From Fimicolochytrium jonesii (taxonomy: Eukaryota), in the NCBI RefSeq assembly GCF_025526975.1, contig NW_026515691.1:186001-250000 (forward strand): a stretch of DNA of 64,000 nt, given 5' to 3'. Below the pieces are notes generated by a model. It ran no database searches, was not told where the DNA came from, and worked only from the letters and a program-made list of their open reading frames with translations. Position numbers and translations under genes: made by a program. Shown here piece by piece: positions 38,658 through 51,579 of the stretch. Positions within the stretch are counted from its first letter, which is position 1. Each line of letters begins with the position of its first letter.

Positions 38658-39775
38658 AAGGCGCTGCTCATGTGTCACATCCGGCGAATCGCGACATGAG
38701 CGCAATAGGAGTTCCTACGGGTAATCGACCCCGGATGGACAGAGATACCCAAAGCGTCGCCGCCGACTCGCTTCTGTCTTTCGAACATGGGATGTCCAGG
38801 GCATTGTTTCTCCGTCCCTGGACCCATACCCGTCACATCTTCCATACCCTTGTTGGTTCTCCACTCCTCCTTTGCAAAATATATAGCTCGGATTGACCCC
38901 ACCCGGGACTATCGCTTGTAGCCTAGATTTTGTCCAGAAACCCCAGGCGTATGTGTATTTGTAATTCGGTTTCCCCCTCATCGCCCTCCCAGTCGCACAC
39001 TGAGGCCACTTCTCAGATAGATCATAAAAGATACCCAGGAGCTGCTGTTTACATTTTGAGGGACGTTCTTGTATGATTGAGCGGAAAGAGAGTCCCGCTC
39101 ATGTTCGATTGAGCTACGGAGCGAGTCATCCATGGCCTCTCCTGTCTCGATTTCCATGATCTAAACACAACCCCAACCCCGACAAACGCCAGCTTGTCAG
39201 TTCTCACGTCACCTTTAAAATGCAAGTCACGTTACATCTGCAGATTGAAGTAGGTTTATTGATTCTTTCTTGACGTGTCTCTCCGCGAACGCGTCCCCCT
39301 TTCGCTTCTCTCCTTCCATGCTCGCTCGTAGAAGCTGTCCCTTTGCAAATGCCCACCTTCCATCCTTCTTGGTCGTCTTCATATCCCGCTAGCCTGATTG
39401 ATCAATTCAATGCCATGAGTCGTGATCGATTTCGATCCTCGACTTACAATTGTCGTCTGTCTGTTTGCGCGACAGAATAACAGGTCCCTCTGGCGCGAAG
39501 GGTTCAACACATCCCTGTCGCGTCCCCCACCCAATCTCCAATCCCGAATGTATGATTGTGGGTCGGAAACTGTTTACAGACTTTGTCAGAGTTCTGCACT
39601 ACACTGGCAGTGTTGCGTTCCGGTGTCCTGCTACCCGAAAGCCATAAGAGGCTGAAGGCTGCCTTGTAGCATCGCTCAACTGCTCGTCAATCCCGTCTTG
39701 GCAACGGCACAGATCAATACCTCACAGCACGTCCTAGCAACCCGCTAGATTGCACACTCTGATATATACCACACG

Positions 39776-42312
39776 ATGGAAGCCTTTCCAAACCGCCGCT
39801 GGTCAGCCGGCAGCGCCAACCCGAACCCCAACGGCAACACCATCAACGGCGTCATAAACCCACGACCCTCCCGCTCTTCCCACAACGTCTATGCTCACCC
39901 GACCGGCCAACCAGGAATCACCAGCACCGCAAGCTTCCACAACCCAAATCGCTCCCTCACCGAATCCTTACTCCATCTCCTCCGCTCAAGTCTACGCGCA
40001 CGCGTCGTATTCATTACCCTTGCTTGCACATTACTCTACTTTTCCGCGCGCTCAACGAGCCGATTTTCGGGCTACGATTATACGGACTTCATCACTCAGG
40101 ATGATCCGGACGCCGTGGGATACTTCGACTCCCGCCGCGCGTCGTATGACGATACAAGTAAAGGTGCAGACGGCGCGCCAGTAGCCGGTCCGCCCGAAAA
40201 AGCACGTCAGGTCGCTCCACCCGGCGTCGTGCCAGACAGCGTACCAAAAGACAACTCCACAGCCTCCGCAGCCGCCAGCCCCGACAACTCCGAACTCGAC
40301 ACGTCCTCCTCCTTCAGCACGTCCACAGTGCCAAAAGTCGACCCAAAGAGCATCACCCGCAACCCATCGCGGTTCAACCCCAAATTCGACCAGTTCGCCG
40401 TCGCGCTCAAGTCGGGCGTGGATGTCGTGCATCAGCGATCGCTGATTCAGCTTGTATCGTTTTTGCAGCCCGTGAGGAACCTAATACTTATTGGGGATGG
40501 GGTTGTTGAAGTGGGGGATTTGGAGATGATTGATGTTATCAGTGGGTTGTATGATGATGCGGGGAAGAAGGATGTCAAGGCGGCGGCGCAAGCGCATGCT
40601 AACGCGGTGAATGCGGCGGAAGTGGCGAATGCGGCGGAAGCGGCGAATGCGGAGGCGGCGAATGCGGCGGCAGCGGAGGCTGATGCAAATGCGGAAACGA
40701 ATCCGGAAGCGGACGCAGGCGATATCAAGCCACGTAGATTGGCTAAGAGGGCACGGAGTAAGTGGACCTCCATTTGATCTTGGTATACCTTTTGAATCAG
40801 CAAAGATTGACACCGTCTCTTCCCGGGAGCAGTCCCCATTCAGCAACCCGAAGAACCAGAGGCGGAGGAGGAGATTCCCGAACTCGACGAAGATCCGGCC
40901 TTCCCAGAACAAGAACCACCAGCAGAAGAGGCCCCGGAGCCACCAGTAGAGGAAGCCCCGAAACCCCGACGAATTGTGAAGCAAGTGCAGCAGCCTCGGC
41001 CACCTCCGCCAGCGCCAGCGCAGAAAGTGCACGTGCAAAAGCCGCACAACCCTCAGCCGGTGCAAATGCAAGTGCAGAAACAAGTGCAGAAACCGCAGCC
41101 TGCCCCGCAGCAAGGACAGCAAGTATACGTTCAGCAGCCCAAACGGCAACATCAGCAGCCTAAAGTACAGCAACAGCAAGCGAAACCTCAACCCCAAGCC
41201 CAACAACAACAACCGCAACCGCAACAACCAAAACAAAAACCTCAGCATCAACACCGCCTTCCCAAAAAGCCCGAGCCCCCCGCCGCCCCACACGCCGAAC
41301 CCCTCCTCGCCGCCGCCAACCCGAAAGCACCGACCCGCCCACGCGTCCCTTCCCCACAACCTCTCGCCATGCCCAAAAAGCCCCTCTCCGTGGACGCCGT
41401 CAACCCGGACGAATCCTCCACCGGCTGGAAATCCGACGGCCACAAAAACCTCCCCGGCTTCCGCGAGCTCTACACCCGCTTCCCCGACGCCGCGTGGTAC
41501 ATCATGCTCGACGACGACACGTACGTGTTCTTCGATAACCTCGCCGACCGGCTATCTATCTACGACCCGGACATTCCGCACTACTTTGGCGCCAAGACCC
41601 AGTTTGTAGGGTGTGACAATGTCTGGGCGTGGGGCCAGGGCCCCTATTTCGCGCATGGCGGTAGCGGGATTGTGGTTTCGCGGGGAGCGATGAGAGAGAT
41701 GATGAGCGGGCTTGACAACTGTATTGAGAAATACCGCACATGCTGGGCTGGCGATGTACGCACGGCGCTGTGCCTACGCGACCAAGGCGTGCTACTTCAC
41801 TCCCCGTCTGGGTTCTACGGCTCCCCACCCAACAAACAGTTCTGGTTCCCGCACAACGCCTGCGACCGCCCGTTGACGTTCCACCACCTCCTCGTCAAAC
41901 AAGTGCAGGATCTCTACAACTTGGAGAAGAAGGTGATTGGACAGTACGGCAAGGGCGCAGTGACGTTTGGGGATATATACTGGGACTGGCATCCGACGAG
42001 CGTGCGGTTGGCGGATTATGACCGGAAGGGAGCGGAGATTGCGAGTTGGCTGGCGGATAGTGTTGAGGTGTGTGAGGCGCTTTGTAAGGGGAAGAAGAAT
42101 TGTGTTACGTGGGTTTATGATGGTGAGTGTTGTGAACTCGATCGTTGCGGACTTCTATGTGTGATTGAAGCTGATCTCGATCCTATCCCAAAATTGAAGG
42201 TCACAAATGCTGGATGAAAGACCGCATCCCACCCGGAAAGACCGAGAAGGGAATCTTGACCGGCGTCGTGAAAGAACGATACATGTGCAATGCGTCCAGA
42301 CAGGGGTTCTGA
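39776..42312 (+). CDS. GT31 (Fringe/C1GALT1-like) type II membrane glycosyltransferase with a C-terminal PAN/apple-like Cys domain
   Basis: TM segment VVFITLACTLLYFSA, then WYIMLDDDTYVFFDNL, FAHGGSGIVVSRGA, WAGDVRTALCL and PLTFHH. The C-terminus reads CEALCKGKKNCVTWVYD|GHKCWMK. Confidence 0.88.
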
Positions 42313-42660
42313 GATCGCGTCAACGACGACTGCGAGTATTATCATTATTCAAATTGTGGATATTTATTCTTTTTGGCGAGACTTGGCTGCGTGAAGAGAG
42401 CTTTCTCATGTATATAGACCTACGATAAAATGTAGACCCCGTGTGGCGTTGGGTCACGCTCGCGGGTGTGACGAACATATCTTTACGATTCCGAAACCTG
42501 ATGTATTCCATAGCGCCAAAACCAAAATCGTACTTGAACCTCACACTTGAGACAGAAAGGAAGTCTTACGGCGAACGGGGCGTTTTGTTTCTACATTCGC
42601 GGACACACATGAGAAAGAAATGAGCTTGAACACCGCACTGAAATCGCAGCATCAAACCAC

Positions 42661-43120
42661 CTACGGTTTGTGCGGCCGACACTCGGGAGGACACCACAGA
42701 CAGCTGATGTGCGCACACTCCGGGATGCTTGCGTCCAGGCAGCATTGGCAGCATATATCGCCCGGAATGGTTTCCATCGCCGCCGCGGTGGTGGTGGTGG
42801 CCGTGGCTGTTTCCGTCGCAAGTGTTGCCCAGGAGAGTGTCCCAAGCTCAACTCCCGCGGACTCAAGCGGCGGGCTTAATGATAGCAAACGTACATGTAC
42901 AGTACATCAGTGCCATGCAGCCCGCACTTAGACATCGCGAGAACATATGAACTCACCATTCACATCGCACACGCACACATATATCCTCATCAGGGGGGTC
43001 GTGACAGCATATATCGCACAGCCGGGCCGCCTGGCCGCCTGGGACGGCGAGGATGCTGGGAAGTGTTATGATCAGAAAAGCTAGGGCGCAGGTAAGGGCG
43101 TTGGGGATGGACCAGTTCAT
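42661..43120 (-). CDS. Small secreted Cys-rich protein (~125 aa) with two Cys modules and a Thr-rich linker
   Basis: Signal peptide MNWSIPNALTCALAFLIITLPSILA. A GTGAGT...AG intron at 42875-42956 joins the two exons in frame. Confidence 0.7.
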
Positions 43121-44785
43121 GCTGTTTTGTTTGATATAATGGGGATATGGCGAGGAATCAAGGTTTGCATTGGGCAATGGGAACGTTGGGTCTCTCTGAA
43201 CGCGTCGGACGCGGTTGGTGCTGACACACAGACGTTCCTCTCCACAATAGTCCATATCCCATCCATCTTTGAACCATGACCATGACTGCCATGATTGCCA
43301 GTCTCGAGGAACGGACTGGATGATAACCATCTCTTCAGCAGCAAATATGTAGGATGCATTCTTTCCTATGGTAGATAGACAGTTGTGTGATCTGATGCAT
43401 CGAATATCCAGGTTCGATTTCCTTTCCAATGCCCTTCGCCCGCTAGCGATCCACAAGGTGGCTTCATCCAATGACTTTGTTCCGTCAAACTGACGGCCTA
43501 AGGGAGGGTAAACTATGTATTGCAAAAAAGCCACTGGCGATGCCCTGGATGTATCGAATGACACTCTTCCGCACAACTGCTTCAGCCTCAGTTTCTCCGA
43601 ATTTCAAAAATCAAACAACCTTCGATTCCCGCCGCCAAGTCATTGGAGGTTTCGCGGGCGGCGGAGTGAAACGCGCCACCGGAAGAAATAACATGGCGAA
43701 GCTCAAGGCTCAGGGGGCTCGGCTGAATGGCGGAGTCGGAAGACTGTTAGTCGCCTCTCAGGGCTGGTTGGGTACAGTAGAATGTGGTCAAGATGCGAAG
43801 GATGGAAGGATGGGAGAGACGTGAAGGGAGGAATATCCCGCCAGCGGAATTTGCGGATGCGCCGGGTTCGCGTTTGCTGACATAAGCATTGTTTGAACTT
43901 CGAACATTTGAAGACGGACATAGAATTCGGCAGGATACTGTTCCTTCCTGACAGCGTGGAGGCTGGACAAAGGTTGGAGCCTTTGCTTGGTTTGGCCTTC
44001 CAGGGCTTGGGAGGAAAAAGGCCATAGATAGAAGAAAATCCGTGCGCGTACTAGGCATACGGGCATCCCTGCATATGCCCGAAAAGTCGATATTTCATGG
44101 AATTGCGCCATTTGAGTGGTGTAGGTTGTTATTCCACTGTTGAAGTGATGCCTTGGAAGGGTGGTTCTAGTGACAAATGTGCGTCGAAGCTTGTAGAGAC
44201 AAACTGCCGGGCGTGGAAAGCACTGAAAATTGGTTCTGCCCGGTCATCATTGGCCGTTGCTTCAGGCAAACGTGCAACCAGTGATAGATAATACAGAGTG
44301 TGTAGCTCGCTCACTGGCAAGGTAGGATCAGACCGGAAAGGGTTATGGGTTGGGTTTGGTGTGGGAGCGCCGTTGCGGGACGCAGGGAGACGCGTCGGCA
44401 ATTAGGGTTCTTTCCTTACCCCTTTTCTTCGCGACGCGTTTTCCGCCTGTGATCCCCTTCTTTTTCCCTTCCTTCGCTGCCATCGCCGCCAATTCGATCG
44501 CAACAGCAATACAACACTCTCATGCACCTCGCAATCCCTTCCATTGCTTCTCTGCTAGCGGCCTCGGAGTGCGTCGGCGGCGGCGGCTGCGAAATCGTAC
44601 TCGCCTCAATCCAATATGTGTTCCAGTCCGAATATACCCCGTCCCCGTCCCCTTTTCCTTCGCTGCAAACACCCGTTGGCTTCGCTTCGCTTTCCATCCA
44701 CCGGCATCTTTCCTTCCACGGCGGTATTCTGAGCTCGTCCGATATTTCTCCCCCTTCTCTCTCCCACCGTGTCCCCCTCGCGCGT

Positions 44786-44797
44786 TATATATAAAAG
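44786..44797 (+). promoter_or_regulatory. TATA box (TATATATAAAAG) upstream of the expansin-like repeat gene
   Basis: Canonical TATAWAWR element in a GC-rich context ~240 bp before ATG 45035. Confidence 0.5.
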
Positions 44798-45034
44798 CAC
44801 TTCGACGGCAAGCTCGTCTCACTAGCGACGTTCTTAGTTTTGCCGTCCCTGCATACCCACCTACCCGCACCTCCTTTACCCTAGTGAGAGATAGTACTCT
44901 CAGTATCACTCTCGAAGTGGACCTAGATTGCTGGGCGACACCCTCCTCATTTCACGTCGGCATTCTCTATCACTGCGCACATATACCACCTCACACCCCT
45001 TCAACGCAACTCATCTTGAACTAGTTGCAACGCA

Positions 45035-48000
45035 ATGCAAACTAGATCAGCCAGCGGACCGCCGCATGCGGCCGCGGCACTCTTCCTCCTACTCTGCGCC
45101 ATCACGCCCTTCACCGATGCTGCGCGTCTCCACGGCCGAGGTCACTCTGGCGGTGAATACCCATTCTCGCTTACTCGTCTTGTCGGCCCCGACGCGTGTC
45201 CCAACTACGGATGGACTCGAACGGTCCCACTGGCCGCCTTTGGCGCCAACCCTCTCAAGGCTCAAAGTGTTTGCGGTCGCTGCGTGAAGGTCACGGCATC
45301 ATCCACGGGTTTATCGACCGTCGTCAGGATCGTCGATGTCACAAAGAAGGTATGTATCCATCAGTCGAGTCCTCCCCATTTGTGAAGTGTTCCAGTCCCA
45401 GCATGCGCTTCACTCACCACTATATATATACATCTTCCTTCCTCTCTCATTGTTCCCTTAGGTCCCTCGTGGTCGCCTCTCGCTCTCCGAGGACGCTCTT
45501 CAAGAGCTTGGCCTTCCCGAACAGACGTCTGCACATGTCAAGTGGGATGAAGTTAAGTGTCCCGACATCCCCGCGAAAGAAGAAGAAAGCAAACTCTCCG
45601 AGCAACTCGACAGGCGCGACGACGGCAGCCACATCCCCGTATTCGTCCACGAGCAATGGCCTGAGGGTGTCACCGAGGAGCAAGTCGTCAACAGCTTTAA
45701 GAATGACAACCGCGCGTTGCATCGCCGTCACTACGCCGACCCGTATGCGGAACCAAAGAAGGACTACAGCAGTGACGAGAAGAAGTACGAAAAGAAATAC
45801 GACAAATACGGCAACGACTACGGTTCGCACACGTCCACCAAGAAGTGTTTCGAGACTCTCAAGATCTACATCTCGCCTGCCAGTGAACCGTGCCCTGCCA
45901 CTGCCACAGCCTCCGCGACGGTTACCGCCAGTGCCACAGCATCCGTCACCGGTCCTCCTGACAACCCAGGTGTCAGCATTCCTACCCGCACTCGTCGATC
46001 GACCACCGCATTGGCCTCAGGCACATCCTCCGTCTCGTTTCAGACCAGCTCTGCGGTTGTCACTCCTACGACCACAAGTAGCGGTGCCTCGGCCTCCCCA
46101 TCCACTACGATTGTTGAGCCAAGCTCCGGACTTACCTCCACCACGGCGGGTGCGTCGTCGGCCACGGGTACGACATCCACATCTACAACGGTCATTACCA
46201 TCACATCCGGCACGGTCACTACTACGTCTACCGTCACTCTTACCTCCACTGGCACCATCGCAACCGAGACGGCATCCGTGACTGGCCCTCCTGATAACCC
46301 AGGTGTCAGCATCCCCACTCGGACCCGTCGACAGACCACTGCGTCGCAAGAAACCGGGGCTTCGTCCATTCCAAGCTTGTCTTCGTCAGCCCCTGGTTCC
46401 ACTGCAACCGTCACCACTTCCACTTCTACAACGGTCGTTACAATCACATCGGGCACAGTCACTACCACATCGACGGTCACGCTCACCTCCACCGGCACGG
46501 TCAGCGCAACCGGCACCGCTACGGCTAGCGTTACCGGCCCTCCTGACAATCCAGGAGTCAGTATCCCCACTCGCACTCGGAGATCGACCACGGCCGCTGT
46601 AGAGACAACTTCATCGTCCGAGAGCTTCTCGTCGTCAGCCGTCGTGGGCTCTAGCTCAGGGGTTTTGACTTCTACTGCGCCCGCTTCCAGCGCAACGATT
46701 ACCACCTCTACCTCGACCACGGTGATTACCATCACGTCGGGCACAGTGACGACGACATCGACAGTCACATTGACATCAACCGGGACCGCAACTGCTACCG
46801 AGACCGCGAGTGTCACGGGTCCCCCCGACAACCCGGGCGTCAGTATTCCGACACGCACTCGTAAATCGACGACGATCTCTGAACAGACCGGCGCCTCGTC
46901 CGTGAGTTTCTCCTCGTCGGCAGTTGCATCTTCCTCAGGTACCGCGCCTGCCTCAAGCGCCACTATCACTACATCTACCTCGACTACGGTGATCACGGTG
47001 ACCTCGGGAACCATCACTACCACCTCGACTGTCACATTGACTTCGACCGGCACAGCTACAGCCACGGAGACTGCAAGCGTCTCTCAACCTCCTGACAATC
47101 CCGGAGTGAGCATCCCCACTCGTACTCGACGATCGACTACTGCATCGGAAGAGACGAGCGGCGTCTTCTCTTCCAGCACGGCTCCCGCATCCACCGAGAC
47201 TACCTCTACGTCGACCACTGTGATCACCGTGACTTCAGGTACGGTTACGACAACCTCGACGGTAACTCTGACGTCCACAGGCACGGTTACCGCCACTGAG
47301 CCCACAGGAACTGCGTCTGCCGGTTTGTCCACCACCACGGCTCCTGCTTCTACGGAAACAGTTACCACGTCCACTTCCACGACCGTTATCACTGTCACCT
47401 CGGGCACCGTCACAACGACCTCAACTGTGACTTTGACATCGACGGGCACTGCGCCTGCCTCAAGCGCCACAACTGCTTCGGTGACCCAGCCCCCCGACAA
47501 TCCGGGAGTCAGCGTTCCCACCCGCACACGCAGGTCTACCACTGCAACAGAATCAGCCAGTGTCGGGCTCTCAGTTTCGTCCTCCGAGATCCCAACCTTC
47601 TCCTCAACCACCGCCCCTGCAAGCACGGAGACCATCACTACATCCACGTCCACAACTGTTATCACGATTACGTCCGGAACCATTACAACAACTTCAACCG
47701 TTACGCTCACTTCCACCGGCACTGCTCCTCCGTCGAGCACTTCTGCTTCGGTGACACAGCCTCCCGATAACCCAGGGGTCAGTGTTCCAACTCGTACCCG
47801 AAGGTCTACTATCGCGACCGAAGGCTTCTCCTCCACTGCGGTCGGGTCGAGCGTGAGCCTGACTACATCCACATCCACTACGGTCATCACGGTAACGTCT
47901 GGGACGATCACAACCACTTCTACCGTGACTCTGACCTCCACCGGAACCGCTGTCGCATCCTCGACCGCCGTGCCGATCTCCACTGTGGTCGTGACATTGC

Positions 48001-50729
48001 CAGGCACGAGGACTTCGTCCTTGGTCACTGAACCTACCTTCCCTGCGACCTCAAGCGCAGTCGTCGGGAGCAGCAGCTCTGCGGTCATCACTCCGACCAC
48101 CACTGTGATCACCGTCACCTCAGGCACCGTAACCACAACGTCTACGATCACTCTGACGTCCACGGCAACTGCTACGGCGTCGGTCACTAGTCCTGGTGAC
48201 AACCCCGGTGTCAGCATCCCCACCAGGTCGAGGACTTCCACCGGCTTTGGAAGTGCTACGTTCACCTTTGGAAACAGCTTCAGCGTCTCTACCACAACGA
48301 TTACCATCGGTTCGGCGAGTTCCTCGGCGATTGTCACGGTCACACCTACCACGACGTCTGTAGTGACAACTCCTACCACCACTCCCTTTGGTACGACTTC
48401 CGAGTTCAGCACCGCTTCCGTCACCACTACCACCACTGTTGTCACTGTGACTAGCGGAACGATCACAAGCGAGACCACCCTGACGGTGACTTCCACGGCC
48501 GCCGCTACGGCAACTGCGAGTGTTACTTCCCCTGGGCAGAACCCTGGTGTCAGCACTCCAGGCACCCGAACGTTCACTGCCTCTGAGACTGCCTCTGCAG
48601 GTCTCAGCACCACTGCACCCTCAACTACCTCGGCCGCAACCATTACGACCGCAACTTCCACTACTGTCATTACGATTACCTCTGGCACTCTGACCACCAC
48701 GTCGACGTTGACATTTACCAGCACGGAAATTGTCGCGACCCGTACATCTTCCGCTGAGCCAAGCAACACCGGTACTCCCACTGCCACTGCTACTGCTAGT
48801 GGATCAGTTGCCACTACGTCTCTGCCGGCCACTAATGCCGCGACCTCGGCCGCATCCGTGACCACAACAACAACCGTCGTGACTGTGACGAGCGGTACCC
48901 TCACGACCGAGACTACATTGACATTCACGTCAACTGCAACTGCCCCAGCGACCGCGACAGCTAGCGTTACCTCTCCTGGTCAGAACCCAGGAGTTAGCAC
49001 TCCCGGCACTCGATCTCTAACGGCTACTGAGACGGCTGGAGTCAGCACTACAGTTGTCGGAACCACGTCTGTTACCTCATCCCTCACTACTACCACCACC
49101 GTAGTGACTGTGACGAGCGGCACGATTACCAGCGAGACCACGTTGACAATCACCTCGACGGCGACGGCCACGGCCACTGCAAGCGCCACCGAAGGCTTCA
49201 GCACCACTGGAGATGCTTCGGTATCAACAACAACTGTTCCAGTGACTAGCCCGGCCACCACATCCCTCACCTCATCCCTCACGACGACCACCACTGTTGT
49301 GACGGTGACGAGCGGCACTATTACCAGCGAAACGACACTGACCATCACGTCGACGGCCACCGCACCGGCCACTGCTACAGCTAGTGTCACATCCCCAGGC
49401 CAGAACCCTGGTGTGAGCACGCCCGGCTCTCGATCTGAAACCGGCACGAGCACCTTCATTGGTGAGACAAGCGTCGCTACTTCGGCGGTTGGAAGTACAA
49501 GCACGGCATCGTTGACGACCACTACAACGGTGGTTACCATTACCAGCGGTACAGTCACGACGGAGACGACCTTGACTTTCACTTCCACGGCTACTGCGAC
49601 GGAGCCTGCTACAGGCGGCGTGAGCACTATTCCCGCAACGGAGACAGAGCCAGCCACGGGCGGCATCACTACCCCTGCCACCATTCCAGCGACCTCCACT
49701 GCAAGCCTCACGACGTCAACTACCGTGATTACCATCACTTCGGGCACGATCACCACCACCTCCACGGTTACCTTGACTTCCACTGCAGCTAGTTCGCCAG
49801 TAACCACCGCTTCGGTTACATCTCCCGGTCAGAACCCTGGTGTGAGCACTCCGGGATCCCGCAGCACACTCGCCACTGGAAGCTCATTTGCTACCTTTAG
49901 CACCATTGTCGTTGGAAGCACGACCGGCGTCCCGGCTACTACCCCAGTAGTCACAGTCACGACCGTTGTTACTACCATTTCTGGAACCCCGACCACCTCT
50001 ATCGTCACGGTCACCTCGGCGACGGCGACTGCGTCCGTGACATCTCCCGGTGAAAACCCTGGGGTCAGTACTCCGCCCACTCGGTCAACCACTGAGTTTG
50101 CCACCACTGCTCCTGCAACTTCGGTTGTGACGAGCGTTACAACTGTCGTCACGACCATCTCTGGCACACCTACGACCACGGTAGTCACTGTCACCACGGG
50201 AACTGTCATTGCTACGACACCCGCCACTGGGACCATCCCCGTCACTTCTCCAACCCCCACGTCAACCGGAATCAGCTGCCCAAGCCCATACCCACCCCCG
50301 CCGGCTGGCAATAACCTTTGTACCTACTCATCGGGTATCGTCGCCGGCTCCGTAGTCCCTGGCAGCACGGAGGAAGACCAAGCGACATTCTACGTCAACA
50401 TCACAGCCACTGAGGCGTACTTCCAAGGATTCTTCGCCGTCATCCAATTCTGCCGCGACGATGAATACGTCGATGCATACACCGGCGCGGAACTTGCGGG
50501 CGGATCCTTCGGCTACGCTACCAACGGCCACTACCTGTTCGTCGCCACCCAGGAATACTTCGCCATGCCTGTCGTGCAAGGCGAGACCAGGCAATTCGCT
50601 ATGACCGTGAAGTGGCCCGAAGGCGAAGATCTCACGCCGGACTTGCGGTTCTCCAAGCCGGCAGTCACCGTTTGGTGTCCAAAGTACCCTGTGCTTGGCT
50701 TTGGCCCGTCGTCGACGGACGGACCGTGA
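45035..50729 (+). CDS. Large secreted protein: expansin/RlpA-like double-psi beta-barrel, ~1450-aa Thr/Ser-rich repeat region and a C-terminal globular domain
   Basis: Signal-like AAAALFLLLCAITPFTDA, then CGRCVKVT...VVRIVD|...LSLSEDALQELG...VKWDEVKCP. One intron (~45350-45460) joins this to the 1670-aa ORF. Confidence 0.8.
45930..50200 (+). repeat. Interleaved coding repeats: 13 x TASVTxPxxNPGVSxPxxxR and many TTTVITVTSGTxTTTSTVTLTST units
   Basis: Counted from the translation. The DNA copies differ mainly at synonymous sites. Confidence 0.9.
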
Positions 50730-51579
50730 AGCAGAAGCAGACCCGTCTTATCGCCCAAACCCCATTCGACATTTATTCCGATAGGCGTACTCTAAAGCGA
50801 TCTACTACCATCACCCTCCGAGAAGCCGACATGACTGGCGAACGTGCTTGCCTGCTTCATACTGCTGTGCGGCGAAGCGGCATCCCAAACCATTCTTGAA
50901 AGGACTCGGATTCGCTTTGGAGGACACTCACTCTCCCTTTTCTGCCAAATACTGTTCGTATGTAAATAAGCCCTCCTTTAGTTGAGGGTGCGGGACACGT
51001 TTATTTATCCTCTCCCCGGTTCCCCATTGGATCTTGGTCCCCACTAGCTTTTTTGTATTCTTATTTGGGAGGGGAGATGGTCATTGAGGTTCTTACTTTT
51101 TCCCTCACGATATTTATTGCCGCTCGGGTTTTTGTTTATCTTTTGTTGTCCTTATTTTGTAATGTTTATTGAAGCGTGAGACAACTCTTATGTGTGTATC
51201 TCTTCTTTTGATAAAACATGTGGTCTTTTTGATGAACCTTGAACGTCCCGCTTGGTTTTGCTGGGTGGTTTTTGTCGAGGTAGCGACGGAGCAATGATGG
51301 TCAGAGGGAGAGATGGGCAGAGAGAGATATACAGTAACTTTTTGGTGTATTAAGGGCATTTATGAATGTGTTGCGATGTGGATACACTTGAGTCATGAAC
51401 GTGAAAGCCTAACATCAGTATGAGGACCATAAACAGGCAGGGTAGATGAGAGCTTCGTATATGTAGGGAAGAAGTCTTGAACAAATACAAGAAGCGTACG
51501 ATAGACGGTGGCGTTTGAGTTCCCCGAACAGAACCAGCTAGGAAGTGGGAATTCCGAGTTGTTCATGTCTTTAGTCCCT

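Noticed and set aside
40481..41443. 320-aa Leu/Arg-rich minus-strand ORF
   Set aside because: It is antisense to the Gln/Pro-rich GT31 insertion.
45930..50200. Repeat-spacer-like periodicity suggestive of CRISPR
   Set aside because: The repeats are degenerate at synonymous sites and lie inside an ORF. The locus is eukaryotic and has no cas genes.
46040..50311. Long minus-strand Val-rich ORFs (341, 614, 275 and 160 aa)
   Set aside because: They are antisense shadows of the Thr/Ser-rich repeat gene, whose codons give few stops on the reverse strand.
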